A DNA stretch of 64,000 nt. It comes from Hydrolagus colliei. Its lineage: Eukaryota. Below are positions 25,396 through 38,400 of the stretch, one piece after another. The DNA lies in assembly GCA_035084275.1 (NCBI GenBank), contig CM068756.1, forward strand, positions 9,424,001 to 9,488,000, written 5' to 3'. Each line of letters starts with the position of its first letter. Positions within the stretch are counted from its first letter, which is position 1. Position numbers and translations under genes: made by a program. Below the pieces are notes generated by a model. The model saw only the letters and a program-made list of their open reading frames with translations, had not been told where the DNA came from and searched no databases.

Positions 25396-25808
25396 GTGAG
25401 AAGTGGATGAATATTTTATTTTAAAAGTCATTTCTAATCAAGACGCGGAATTGATCACTTGTTAACGATGGCTTGTTATTTATAATGCACATATGTGTGC
25501 GGATACTACGCACCGATTTTCGTTTGAATCCTAATTATGTTTGACCTACACGTGCCTACAACCTAAAATAGGTTCATATAAGGGGGAAAGCAGATTCCTG
25601 TGTCTGTGCGTATTTTTAAAAAATCATAATCAAACTGCTAGAATTCCTGCTGCATTAAGAAATAAAACTCTCCCGCAGTTTTGAATTTTCCACTGGAGTA
25701 GTGTGAAATAATGCATTTCAAACTAAATGGTTGCCTCTATTTTATTTGTTTCTCTCTCTCCCCCCACACCCCACCCCGCCCCACCACCCCCCAACGGATT
25801 GGAAACAG

Positions 25809-26548
25809 GAGATCCGAAAAGCAACCTGGTCGAAACTCCCTGTGAAAGATTTGAAGATGAAGAACCCAACAGTAAAGAAAGTGAACATATGATTAGCGAT
25901 TCGGAGTTAAAAGACCCCGAAGAAAGGGAGAGCTCAGAGTCGCCCAAAGCCACCACTTCTTCTGTTTCCTCGCTGCTGGTGCCTCACGGAGCCGAGCTCT
26001 TGCAAGAAACCAACGACCCTCAAGTGGAAAACACACGTACAAAGCCAACTCACCCCCCAACTCACAACACGGGCTCCAGCAATGTGACTTCGGTCATCCA
26101 TTCCACACCGGCAGCCACCTCCTCTAAGCCCAAACTCTGGTCTCTGGCCGAGATCGCCACCTCGGACAAGTCGAAAGAACAGAGCGAGCCACAGCAGAGC
26201 ATGTGCCCGGGTCAGGGCTGCCCGGGTGCCGTGTCGGCCAGCAACTCGTCCCCGTCTCACTCCCCCTGCCCTTACCCGAACAGCGCTGTGCTGGGCCGCC
26301 CTCTCTACTACACCTCGCCCTTCTACCCCGGCTACACGAACTATGGCAGCTTCGGGCACCTTCACAGTCACCACGGAAGCGGCTCCAGCACGCATTTCTC
26401 TTCCAATGGATTAAGCCAGACTGTCTTGAACCGAGTAGAGACTCTGGTAAAACTCAGTCCTGAGATTAAAACAAAGAGCCCGGCACAAATAGATCATTGC
26501 AAGGACACGTCATCTTTTGATTTGAAGAAAGGTATGTCGAATATTTAA
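25809..26548 (+). CDS. irx5: Irx5 exon 3: IRO box and C-terminus
   Basis: aaacag|GA acceptor in phase; IRO box KPKLWSLAEIATS; RPLYYTSPFYPGYTNYG; ends KKGMSNI-stop; total CDS 1383 nt. Confidence 0.95.
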
Positions 26549-27120
26549 TTTTGGTTCTTCGTCGAATCTCTGGACTCTATTTATTATTTTTTTTCCCATT
26601 TTGGCAAATTATTTTCCCATCAAGATACTTTTTAAGTAACAAAAGAACTTTTAGTTTCTGATATGTTTCGAACGGTTGATTCCAACTGATCGTATGTAAC
26701 ATGTCAAATGTCTTAACCAACCAACCAACCCACCAACCACCCACCAACCACGAGTTAATTTGTATCAAGACTAATTCTGTATATTTAATGTAGCATTTTT
26801 GTATTTAAAAAGGATAATACAATCTCTTTGAAGTAAATTATGAAACGAGTCTCTTGTACAGACATTATTGTTGTTCTTTCGTAATATATATAATATAAAG
26901 CTGTGTTTTTGAAAAAAAAACTGTTTCATAGTCGAGACGATGCAAGTTTAATTTATAATGGAAGCTTTTATTCCCTTTTCTTTTCTCGGATGTGTGTTTT
27001 TTTTTTCAAAAAAAGGTTTTAACAGGACAAAAATACAAAAAATTAGACTCACTAGTGAGAGGGAGAAATAAATCAATCAATCCAAGGCGCCGCAGTTGAA
27101 TATGTACATATTTAATTAAA
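26549..27120 (+). other. Irx5 3' UTR with candidate poly(A) signals
   Basis: AU-rich; (CCAA)n-like run ~26715-26750; AATAAA 27067-27072; ATTAAA 27115-27120. Confidence 0.55.
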
Positions 27121-27249
27121 ACAGTTTTAACTTACACATCCAGGCAACATTGATTATCATTTTGCTTTTGTTTTAAGTATTGACAGGCGTGTTTTTTTTA
27201 GGAGGAGAAAGAAACAAGACACACACACACACACACAAAGCGTGGCACC

Positions 27250-27560
27250 TTCGCTATGCAGCTGGTACTTTGGAAGAACTGGCTGGAATAATAAGTCTAC
27301 AACTAAAGTGCCATCCTTTAACCTAATTACATCCAATCAGTGTCCTGTTTTATGCAAAGCAATCAGCTGGTGAACTTTGCTAATGAGTTCGATTTTATGC
27401 CAAATTTAGTCCTCATTACTGTCGCAAACCAGCACAGCAGTGCTGTACGTGAGGCGGTCGGAGCTGAATCCATATTGACACCCATGCGAGGTAATCTGGC
27501 CTGCGCTCTCTAGCCCTCCAAAGTTACTGTCGTTTACAATGTAAATTCACTCAATTTGCC
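27250..27560. promoter_or_regulatory. Candidate enhancer just 3' of Irx5
   Basis: Two CAGCTG E-boxes, CTAATTAC, CCAATCA, TATGCAAAG, TTTTATG and CTAATGA clustered in unique sequence. Confidence 0.4.
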
Positions 27561-30519
27561 CGTGTTTGGCATCGGCTTTTCTTAGGCTTTTTGCTGCTCT
27601 TTATTTGTCCTACACCCCCCACCTCCCCTCAGTGTGGGTGTGTGTGTGTGTGATACTGCAAGTCTATTCAGTTAAAAGAAATGTTGACTTGAACTTTTCC
27701 CAGATTCGCAGGTAGGTGTCACACTTGTTCTGAACAGAAACCTTCTCACTTTCAACTAAATGCCCCCCGAAAAAGGCTCGTTTCCCTCCTTTCTGAATGA
27801 AGTACCACAATTTTTCTCCACATTAAAACCCTCTAATATTCTCTAAATTCGGGAGTTAAAAAAATTAGTAAGACACTTTGAAAATATATACACCGTGTAT
27901 ATCTGTATACACAGTATATACTGGAAACAAGGATCATCTTATTTGTTGGGAATAATTTCATTACAATCCAAGTTCTGAAAAAAAAGGCACTTTATTTTGA
28001 AGTGTGCTAACCACGAAATCCAGAATTGATTAATTTTTTTTTGGGGGGGGGGGGGTGGTGGGGGGGGGGGAGTGGGGGGTGAAATTCTGTCGTCAGTGTA
28101 TCGAGTGTACTGCAAGTAGGAAAAAAAATCGTTGAATTGTATTTTTGTAAGAACTATACCCAGAGCTTTTACTAATTTATGCGGCTGTTTTTTTTTGCAA
28201 AACAATGGACTCGGAAATGTTTGTAAATAAAAGAAAACTCAGCCTGATTTTTCCAAATGCGACTCGATGCTTCCTGTTTATGCTTCTGTTAGGTTTGATT
28301 CAGTCAGTTCATCTTAATTCTAAAAGATGAACAGATTGAGAAATGAAATATTAATGCCAGATGTCTCTGATTATTTTCGCTGCAGGAAAAAAATGAGGTG
28401 GGGGGTGGGGGGGGGGGGGGGCGCGAGAAACGAACTCATTTATGATGGCAATTAAACCGAAAATGTCAGCTCCTTTTCCTTCAATTGAATTTAGTCAGCA
28501 AACCCATTAAATTTTGTATAACGACGCTTCATCTCAATCCAGAGGTTTGATGTATCTGGTAGTTTGGTACAAATGAACCGCTGGAAGTTTTTTTTTCACT
28601 TGTCACGTATATTTTCCAAAGGTAAAATTTGTTTAGGTAAATTTTCATTTCAGGAGTGTTTTAACAAGCAATCAGACGGGAATAATTACATACGTTGGCT
28701 GTCAGACTAATTGAACAACGGTACGTTTAATAAATTAGCGGATTTTCCAATCAATTACATTTATCAAATCTTCACGTGGTTTTATATATATTATATTTAT
28801 AATATATGTTAGAGGAGCGCAGGCAGCGGTTTCACAATGAAAACACGGATAATACAATTTTCTAGTTTAAAAAGTTTTAAAGCTAGGCATGTTTGTCTTG
28901 TCTGCTTCGCATTTCTGTTCATTGTCACACTTGGGATTATTTTTCTTCGAGTTTAAATACAATCAGATTTACAACGGCCCTCGCTCCACCAACAAGCCAC
29001 AATCTGCCTGCACTCCCGGTGCACGGGGCGGTTTGCTGCTGCAGTGAGAAAACACACAGACATTTGCTAAAATTATTCATAAAACGACACCGCCAAAGTC
29101 CTCCTAGAACAAAAGATTGCAATTTGTTATCAAACGCCTGTATCACACCGAGCTAAAGTTACCCATTTATACCAAAGTTATTTTTAAATAAAAAAAGGAG
29201 ATGACATTATTTAGCTTCTGCCCCCCCCCCCCCCCACTCCACCCTCAACTCTCACACACACTTTAAAATACTTATGGATGGCTTTGCCATTAACCTTATT
29301 TAATTTCGTCTTTTTTAGTCTTTCAGTAAATAGTCGGGAAGTGATTCGTGGCTGGGGGGGCATATAAATACTCACGTAACACTCCTAAATGTGCAGAGTC
29401 TCTCGAACATTCACACGAGAACTTCTATTTTTATCTGGCGTTAAAGTGTGAGCGACACAGGCGCGATTGCAATATATCACCAGCCTCCACCATAATTATT
29501 AGTTTCTCTTCGCCTCCCCCTCCATCTGCCTGTTTCACTCGTAACTCCTCCACCCCTTTTTTCTGTTTACAAATTAATCAATATCTTAAAGTTACCAACA
29601 CTTTCAAACAAGGAATTAGTAGCAAACTACTTTTTTTGTCTCCCAAGGAAACTATGTAAATTAGTCGTGTGACTATGATGTCTATTTTAGGAATTAAATT
29701 AATCTTTACTTAATTTTAAAGGATTAGAGATTTACAGGCGGCGTTATAGGATTAATTTTGATTTTTTTCATAAAGAAGCGATCTTTTATGAGTTGCTGAA
29801 ATGCATTAGCGCAGATTTAGAACTGTTATTTCTAATGTTCTACACACAAGTCCAGTCCATGGCAAAACTATACTGCGCAGGTATCAGTGCCGGTTACTTG
29901 GTGGTTTGGATTAAAATTGTATGGGTATTGGGGTCATAGCCCAAGGTTGGAATTTACATATAAAATCACGCGAGTCTTCCTGCGGGGCAACGTTTTATAT
30001 TAACAGTAAGTTGATAACTAAATGCATATCAATAATGCCCAAGTGTGTGTGTGTGTGTTTCCTCAACGTTTGCCAATATGTTAGTGCTCAAACCTCTTGC
30101 CCACTCACCCAAACATAAAGGGAAAAAAAAGATTGGCATAATCTGATTTCATGTATTTTGGTTCAAAGTTAAATTGTTATTTGCTGGTAACACTACTGTT
30201 TATAACAGGTATTGCCTGTGTGTATCATATATAGAACTACCGAGGCATGCCCATACGCAAATGGCTGTTTAATTAAGCGTGTATTAACTGTTTACCCAGA
30301 TGGGCGTGTGTAGCACTTCTACATGAGTGTGAACGCACGTTACGTCCCTGTTTGTGTTACGACCTTACAACTCTGGTCTGTCACTAACTAATGCTTTCGT
30401 TTTGCCGGTTATACGATCTAACTGTTTTCTGTGCAGGTACCGTTCTAACCCTACATGCTGTTTAAGTTATTTTAAAGCAATTACAAATTTGCCCGCATTT
30501 CAGGCAAGAATAATGATAA

Positions 30520-30695
30520 TAAATAATAATAATCCTTGCATTTTGATATAACGCTTTTCACGTCTTCTGGACCACCCCAAAGAATATACTGTGAAGCGAA
30601 TTGACTGTACACTTGTGGGCGAAACTTGGCAGCCCATTGCGCACAGCAGTGTCCCACAAACAGTCGTGGATTGAAATGACCAAATTGTTATTATT
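30520..30695 (-). mobile_element. 3' half of Deu-type SINE
   Basis: Same tail and core as the 12218 copy. Confidence 0.85.
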
Positions 30696-30769
30696 AATCG
30701 ATGGCAATATCTATATATATATATCTATATATATATACCTACTCACATTCCAAACTATTTTTTAATTCA

Positions 30770-30836
30770 ACCGCTCTGTGGTCCCTGCCCAACGTGGAGG
30801 GCAGTATATAAATGCAATTGTTGTCGTTGTTGTTAT
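30770..30836 (+). mobile_element. L2 3' terminus
   Basis: cgtggagggc..tatataaat + (TTG)n, as at 44683 and 61710. Confidence 0.65.
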
Positions 30837-32156
30837 TTTTCTTTTAAACGAATTATTTTGCATCTTTGCACACAGGATTTATTTTGAAAAAAGAAAAGAT
30901 AGCGTTACTAATTCAACGCACTTTTAAACAAATGCACATTTCAGGCACGTGTATTTCCTGTGCTTTTAGAGTCCAGTACAGAATTTGTGGGAAGCGTTGA
31001 TGTCCATTCAGCTGGGAGTTAGTTCATTTGCATTTAACCTGAAAATCCGTTACTAGCTTCCCATCCCAGATATTAGCGAATTCGTGTGCACAAGCTCAAA
31101 GCATTTCTGTTCGATTGCAAACATCCTAACATTCTAGGAAAAGTTAAAGCAGCGAACGAAGCAGCTTTTGAAGTGAGAGAAGAAGCTTCGATGTAATGAT
31201 CTCCCGAATATAGCTCTGCCAAGTTAGCAAGGCGAGAGATCTGAAGGTTTAGAAGGATTTTGTTTTCTCCCCTGCTTATAATGAAGATATATTCAATGTG
31301 TGCACACAGAGACATTTGCACAAACCACCGTCAGCGATCACAAAAGGCATTATATCCCGGGCATTGTCCATTAACATAATAAGTGAGTCAAATAAACAAT
31401 GTGGCGAACATTAAACTACAGATGTAAAGACGAGGATCGTTTGTATTAACGTGATCCCTGTTCGTATTTTGTGCACATGGAAACCTGTAACTGACACAGA
31501 AAACAAGAACTAAGACACTGGATGTCGCTCCTTCCCTGGAGAATATTGTGTTTCAGGTAACCAATAACAGCAGATTAACGGAGCCTTTGGAGAGAACAAA
31601 ACACAACCTGGAGAGGTAAACTGGGAATGAGTTAGTCCAGTAGTTTTCCCGTTTGAGACATGCCCTCACCACCCACCCAAGATAGAGGAGGCTTTGCCAT
31701 TTCCACGCACTCAAACCTGTCGTTAACACTCCTTTTCATTGACTGGCAACAGAGGTGAAAAGCCTGTGTCTCCTCTTCCCGGCGGCGAATTCCTGACATT
31801 CCTATCTTTCCATGGTGAAAAACTGGAGCGCTGTAACAACAAGCAAATAGCGACTGCTCCCAGTGCCAGCCGAGGACAGAGGGGGGGGGGGGGGGGGGGG
31901 GGGGAGGGGAAACGAAAATCAACCGTTTCCACTCACTTCTTCTCGCCTGACAGGTAATGGTGTCAGAGTGAGAGTGAGAGAATGGCTGCCAGTTTTCCTG
32001 GTTCCTTTAGCCTTTTCTCATTGACAACCTGAGCTGCCTTCCCCAGCTTGGCTAAACAAACACTGTTCTACTTTGTTAAAAGTTACAGCGAAGTGACCCC
32101 TCCTGTCGGGGTGTTTTTTTTTCCGTGTGTGTGTGTGGGGGCTAAGGTGGTTTCTT

Positions 32157-32284
32157 NNNNNNNNNNNNNNNNNNNNNNNNNNNNNNNNNNNNNNNNNNNN
32201 NNNNNNNNNNNNNNNNNNNNNNNNNNNNNNNNNNNNNNNNNNNNNNNNNNNNNNNNNNNNNNNNNNNNNNNNNNNNNNNNNNNN
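32157..32284. other. Assembly gap, 128 N
   Basis: Run of N. Confidence 1.
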
Positions 32285-32402
32285 CGCGAAGAAGCAACAG
32301 TTTGTCAGTTCTCTTGCGGGGAGGACCCTTATTGTTTCTGTGAAGGTGTGAAACTAATTTTGTTTTAACCCTCTCCTTCCCTTCTCTCGCGAATACAAGC
32401 AA

Positions 32403-32436
<34 letters not shown>

Positions 32437-35400
32437 GCATATTGGTCTGGGTCGGTGGTGAAACGCCAGACGCGTTAAGGCGCATGTTGAAGGTCACAGC
32501 ATTGAGCCCTTTTTGTGTGAAAACGTCAAACGCTTTTGAGGTCAAGATGTTGTTCCCCCCCCCCCCCCCCCCCCCCCAATAACCTTCCTTGTGGAATACA
32601 GCCAGAGCGATGGATCAATGCATGTTTAAGTGTTTTTTTTAATCAGACATTTGATGTTTGGATTTCCTAGCTAAAGATTACACTTATTTATGGTGAATGG
32701 AGAGATGCATTACTCGCAACGCAGATTGGAGTTATTTTAGCTGCTGGAGACAGTGCAATGGTTTTGGGGACTCGACCGAAACAATAAAAAACGAAACCCC
32801 TATGGTTTCTATCTTTTGAAACATTATTTTATCATTATGTCTTGAAAGGGCACCCGCTTCCAAGTCTTGCGGTAAAACTTGGACCAGACAAATCAGTTTT
32901 ATTTCGCGATCTGTGTTCATTTGGCGATGGAGGCCTCGTCGCCTCAAACAGACTGTGGCGAGATTAGTTGACCATTTAATAACCTACTGCCGCCCGCCTC
33001 CCCCCCAACCCCCAAATAAACCTCAGTATCCAGACAAGGTGTGATCTGATATGCCTTGTACACTTTTGTGTACGTTTGGGAGCAAAAGGTGCCGTTTGCA
33101 CAGCACATAAATAATCATTTGGAGAGAAAACTAAAAAAAATGGTCTACAAATCGAGTCCATCTGGAGTTCGGGATGATCAAAGGCTATGCTTTGCTTGAG
33201 CTGAAATGTTAGTCTGTCTGTGTCCTGTGAGCATATTTAGGAAACTCGCTTCTGTACCTAAAGAAAAAACTCTACTGACCCCAACCCTTGACATTAACTC
33301 AACAGGGAGACGACTTTAAGAAGCTGTGTAAAAAATACAACATTTTCAGGAGGAATTGGACGGTAAACGAGACTCACCCCCCCTCCCCCCCCCGCCCTCC
33401 ATTCTTTCCTTTTTTTGCGGGGGTTGGGGAGGGGGGGGGGGGGGGGCGGAGGAGTAACAAATACAAACTTTGAAGTGCTGGCTGGCGCCGTGGATGGGAA
33501 CATTGTGACTAGTGCTAATGATTGCAAGCCTCTCTCTCTGCATTGAGTACGTCGGGGGGGCACCCCTGTTAGTGTGGTAATGAATAGATGGTCATCACCA
33601 CCGTAAGTAAATTAGAAAATAACAAAGTGGAGAGTTAATAACTTCTTATTTCAACTGTTTTCCTAATTGCTTTTAAAATGCCCTGTGTATACAACGCGGC
33701 AACGCGCCCTATCCCAGGGACCCCAGGGTTTCTTGAAACACCACTAGATTTTATTGTATTAAAAAATATATAACTAATCTTGTGTATGTTATATGTTGGT
33801 CTCTGCGGTCCAGTTCAGAATTATGTCCACTGCAAATAATATACACGTCGAGAATCAATGGGGGTATAATTATATGATTGTAGAGAGGTTCTTTCAAATC
33901 AGTAGAGAGAAAAGCACAGTGTATCCGACACACACATATATGTTCGCGTGTTAAAAATGGTTGAAACAATTCTGCCCACCCCCCACCAAAAAAAATAACA
34001 TGTACAGTATTCACAATGTCAATGCAACGAGTTGATTAAATGTTGTTTAAGGATATTCTTGAATGCTGAAGGGGTTTACAAAACATCCCTTGGGTTTTTC
34101 TTACATAATTGCTTTTCACATTGGAAATAAAATAGGAAGATGTCTCCAGCAACGTTAATGACCAGTACGCAGTTGCACTCGGCGTTACGTCTCTGACTGC
34201 TGTTATGCGAGGAAATAGATTCAGATGAACTTTTCTGACCTCACTTAAACTACATATGTGAGTGTGAAAGGAAAAGCAGGCTGGAGGTAATGGCTAGTAT
34301 GAGGTGCAGAGCTGAACTATAGTGATGTAATCATACTTGCTATTGATATATAGATGATTAGATGCAAGGTGTAACGCAGCGAGGGATACAGAGGCACTAT
34401 TTCCGATGGTTGTTGTACAATTAAGATGTGTCAATACGATTATTATGTGACTTCGAGTGGCTTATTGTCTAAGTACATGGTAAATTACGCGTTTAATTTG
34501 TGGCATGAATTTCTGAAGCCCTCTGAGCATTATTAGCTGGTGATGTAAGCCCGAATGAAGGTTGAACGAGCTGTTGGAAAGAGCAACCCGTCTCCATAAA
34601 TTCCTCCTGCTTTATCCGCCCTTTCAAGTGGTCTTTTTGCGTGTTTTTTTTATTTAAAAAAATTCTGTTCTCGTTTATCTTCACGCGGCTGAAACGGCGA
34701 AGAAATGTAAATAGATTCCAGATATTTTTTCACAACACACACACACACAAAGAAAAAGCAGCCGGTAATTCATTATGTCATAGCGATTTATTGACAAACG
34801 AGGTGATAGGTTGTTAATTATTATTATTATCCGGATGTACAAGTCCAGTTCTGCTACAGCAGCTAACACAAACACATCACCAGAGACACTGACAACACAC
34901 AGTCTGCCACTTCAGAGCACAATCAAAATCAGCGTAAAAGTGTGAAGGGATCTGTATTATTTGACCTGGTTAGATTATTAGTAAGGACACCTGTGACTGG
35001 CAGCAGACCAAATCTTGCCCAAAACAAAACAAAACAAAACGACTGTTTCTCCACCCCCACCCCATCTCTACAAAAGAGCAGTATGTTAATTCCTCTGTCC
35101 CCTCCCCTTAGCTTTAGGAAAAAAAATTGGCAGAGAACCCAGCAAGCGAGTGTAAACAGAAGCCTTTTGCAGAACAAGTAGCTGTTTTGAATTTACCTTT
35201 TGTGTGTGGCTACAAGCAATATTGTGGCATTTTCCTTCACAAAAAAGGGATTACAATGTACTACCCGCGTGGGACCAGGAGAGTTGGGCTGGAGTTAGAC
35301 TTTCAGGGAAATCGCAGAGGGGATAAGGGTCTTGCTTTATTTAATCATCAAATCCCGGGAATGAAGCTCTTAATTAATTATGGGTGCTAAAAATTCAGCC

Positions 35401-38400
35401 CAGCTGTTTCTTTCAGCTTGGCAGTGGCTCTCGCGAAGAAAGACAAACTCTGGGCTGAGAATCTGCTGCAATTCAGTTAGCATAAATCATTTCTTAATGA
35501 TACTCCTTGGTGAAAATGAACCTGTTAATGACGGATGGTTTATTGTCTCGCAGATTTCTTTTGCTCTGCACAGTGCAACACTGTCCAGGCGAGTTGTTAC
35601 CTATTAACGACTTAGCACTCATAAATGTTAAAAGCCTTTTAAATATTTATGGTGAAATTGTAAATTGACCTAGATAGATTGTCACAGTATGATTTACAAC
35701 TGTTTACAAATCTATCCAAAGAAGAAAAGTGTACGTGTATATTATATATATATGTGTGTGTGTGTGTATATAATGTGTGCATAAAAAGACTAAGATTTGT
35801 GAAACAACATTTCAGATTTATCAGATGAGGTTCTGCAAAGCAAACGAAAAAGTAACAAACACAAATAATCATGTGCCATGTTTTTCCAGTTCCTACAAAA
35901 GCCTCTGGGGAATCTTGTGTGTGATTCTTGCAGCTGTTTGATAGCACTCTACATAGTCCTTATTGCTGATCCATGCAGATCCTATCAATAGACATTGCAC
36001 GCTAGAATTTGAAAGATGTCATGATAGTTTAAGGTAAATCCAGGGTTTAGTTTATCTGTTTAAACACATTTAGATTTCGTGTCCCGTACACAGGATGACT
36101 ATAAATAGGTAAGTTGATGGAATAACTATACACACACAGATATAAAACGCCGAAAGCTTTCGGATGCGCATATGAATTACAATGGGCAATTAAACAGGTT
36201 AATTCTAACTTTGGATCAGAAAGATCTCGGGGGGGTTGCTGGGGGGTGGACTTCAGAAGTGTAGGGGCGATCTTCTACTTTTTAAAATGTCCCTCAACTT
36301 GGTGACAAGGGTAGACATGGGAGATAAATGGTAAAAGCCTGCGTTAATAAAACACACCGACCCTATTCTCCATCCATAGTTATATTGCCTCAAAGTCTGT
36401 TAGGTTTCCACCTCGCCGAGAATTTCCATCGAATAACTTTTTCATCGTGTCTAGAGAGGACAGACTTCGAGTTCGGGGACTTGCAGATCATTGGCACTTT
36501 GGTACCTCAGAGAACAAGTTGTTGTGAGACAGAACAGACAGGATCTTCACCCAGCCCCGAATAATCTCTGGGACTCCTCATGTTTAATGTGGACATTTCT
36601 CACCTAGCAGACAGTCCCTCCTCACTGCTGATCCGAGTACACCACAAGCTTAACAATAACACAGGTTCCACAAGTAGACACATAATAGCCTGGAACTATA
36701 TTTACAACCATTTGGAAATAGTCGGGGCTGGGAGCGGCCGCAGACCACCAAACAGGATTACTCTCTAGGATGAAAGGAACAGGTTCTGCCTCTAACGTCC
36801 CCTGAATAAGTGGTGAACGTTACATACAACTACCGCCTGTCATCCCATCACATTGTGAAAAACCACAAATGTCAACCAAATATTCAGAAAGAAGCTGCTG
36901 CACAACATGGCAATGTGACTGGAGATTAGTCAATACAAAAGCTCCAACCAGGAGCTCTCACTATTCTCCAGTAATCTATGTGGGACATGTTACACGCATT
37001 AGTTCGAGATCAACTTGAAAATTGCTAATGAAGAAAATGTCATTGCACAAGAAGGTGAAGGAATAATAGCGATTTCGTCACAAAAAGAAATATGCACGAT
37101 ACCACAATCCCGAAATTCAGTAGGCTGGTGCACAAACTTTAGTTTTTAAATTAAAAAAAACTTTGGGTAGGAGTTTGTTTTTTAAAAAAAGATATAAAAC
37201 ATTTCTGGCAACTAATGTAGCATTCAGCCTGCACAATAAGATATATTCATGTGTATTCTGAGCTTTGATTGTTTTATAGATGTGTATATTATATATATAT
37301 ATAATATATATATATACTGCGTGTGTGTGTATACTGAATACAGTATATATATAACAGCAAGTGGTGAGTATAAAATATGAATCGCATCAGATCACACGCT
37401 AAACTCGAACATTAGTGCAACATTGGTTATGGGTAATTACCATGTGTGGTTAACCCTACCTACCCATTACCCCATGTGTCAAAATCCACTGACTTTAAAC
37501 AAACTAGAACTAGTCATGGGGGTATATACAGTACACTCACTCTAGCGGTTTGGTTGCTGCGGGTGGAATATACTTGGTAATGGTCTACTGAAAGGCTGTG
37601 AAATATCAGAGTTTGCAACTTTTCACATCAAGGTGGTCAGTGCGGGGGAGAGAGTCACACTGAAGGGATGGGGAGAAAGTGTTTAGAATGGGAGAATTCA
37701 TTTGGGAGCAATTTAGAAAGCAGTAACCGAATGGCTTAATAAGGAAAACAGGAGAGCGGTGGGGACTCGCTTGGAGACAGGCAGATGGAAAAACTGAAAA
37801 CAAAAATGGGAGAGAGATAGTGAGGAGGGTGAACTTTTTTTTGAAATGTGGAAAGAGGTGGTGAGAGGCAGAACTCAGATAAAACATTGAAACTTGCATC
37901 CTATCAACGTAGCCTTGACTTATCAATTACCACCTTATGGACACGTTTTCTTTGCATGGCTCTGATACCAGTAGAGTACAGATATAGATGGGAGAAAATA
38001 TTAGAGAAGGTTGCAAAATAGTGGCAGGAGGGTGGTACAAGGGTATACAGGGGCACAAATGGTACAAATAGTGGTGCAAGTGGGGCCCCGAACCAACAGT
38101 CCATATATATAAGTTGGGTTTAACACAAACCAGGCGATTTCTGCATGTTTCCAAAACGTTTTAATATTGCAAGGAAACATCACGAGAAAAAATATTTTTT
38201 GAGATAGGTGGTTCATGAAAGAGATGCAAATGCATCTTATATCAGAGGTCACGCTAACTAACTATCACGCAGTTATTGCAAGAAGTATGTGTGTATATGT
38301 GTTCCATCTTTCGGAGTCATTGTAATCTCATGTTTGTATTATTGCTGGGTGGACTTGATGCAGGACCAAAATGGATTTTGTAGTATAACAATGCATTGTT

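Noticed and set aside
25157-26463. Overlapping and antisense ORFs within Irx5
   Set aside because: Shadows of GC-rich coding sequence
24286-26548. Irx2 identity
   Set aside because: The [15 protein letters not shown] and terminal KKGMSNI residues fit Irx5
37957-37970. TGGTATCAGAGCCA on -, resembling a tRNA-iMet primer binding site
   Set aside because: It is the plant-type iMet sequence, with no adjacent LTR ending in CA and no gag/pol; probably chance
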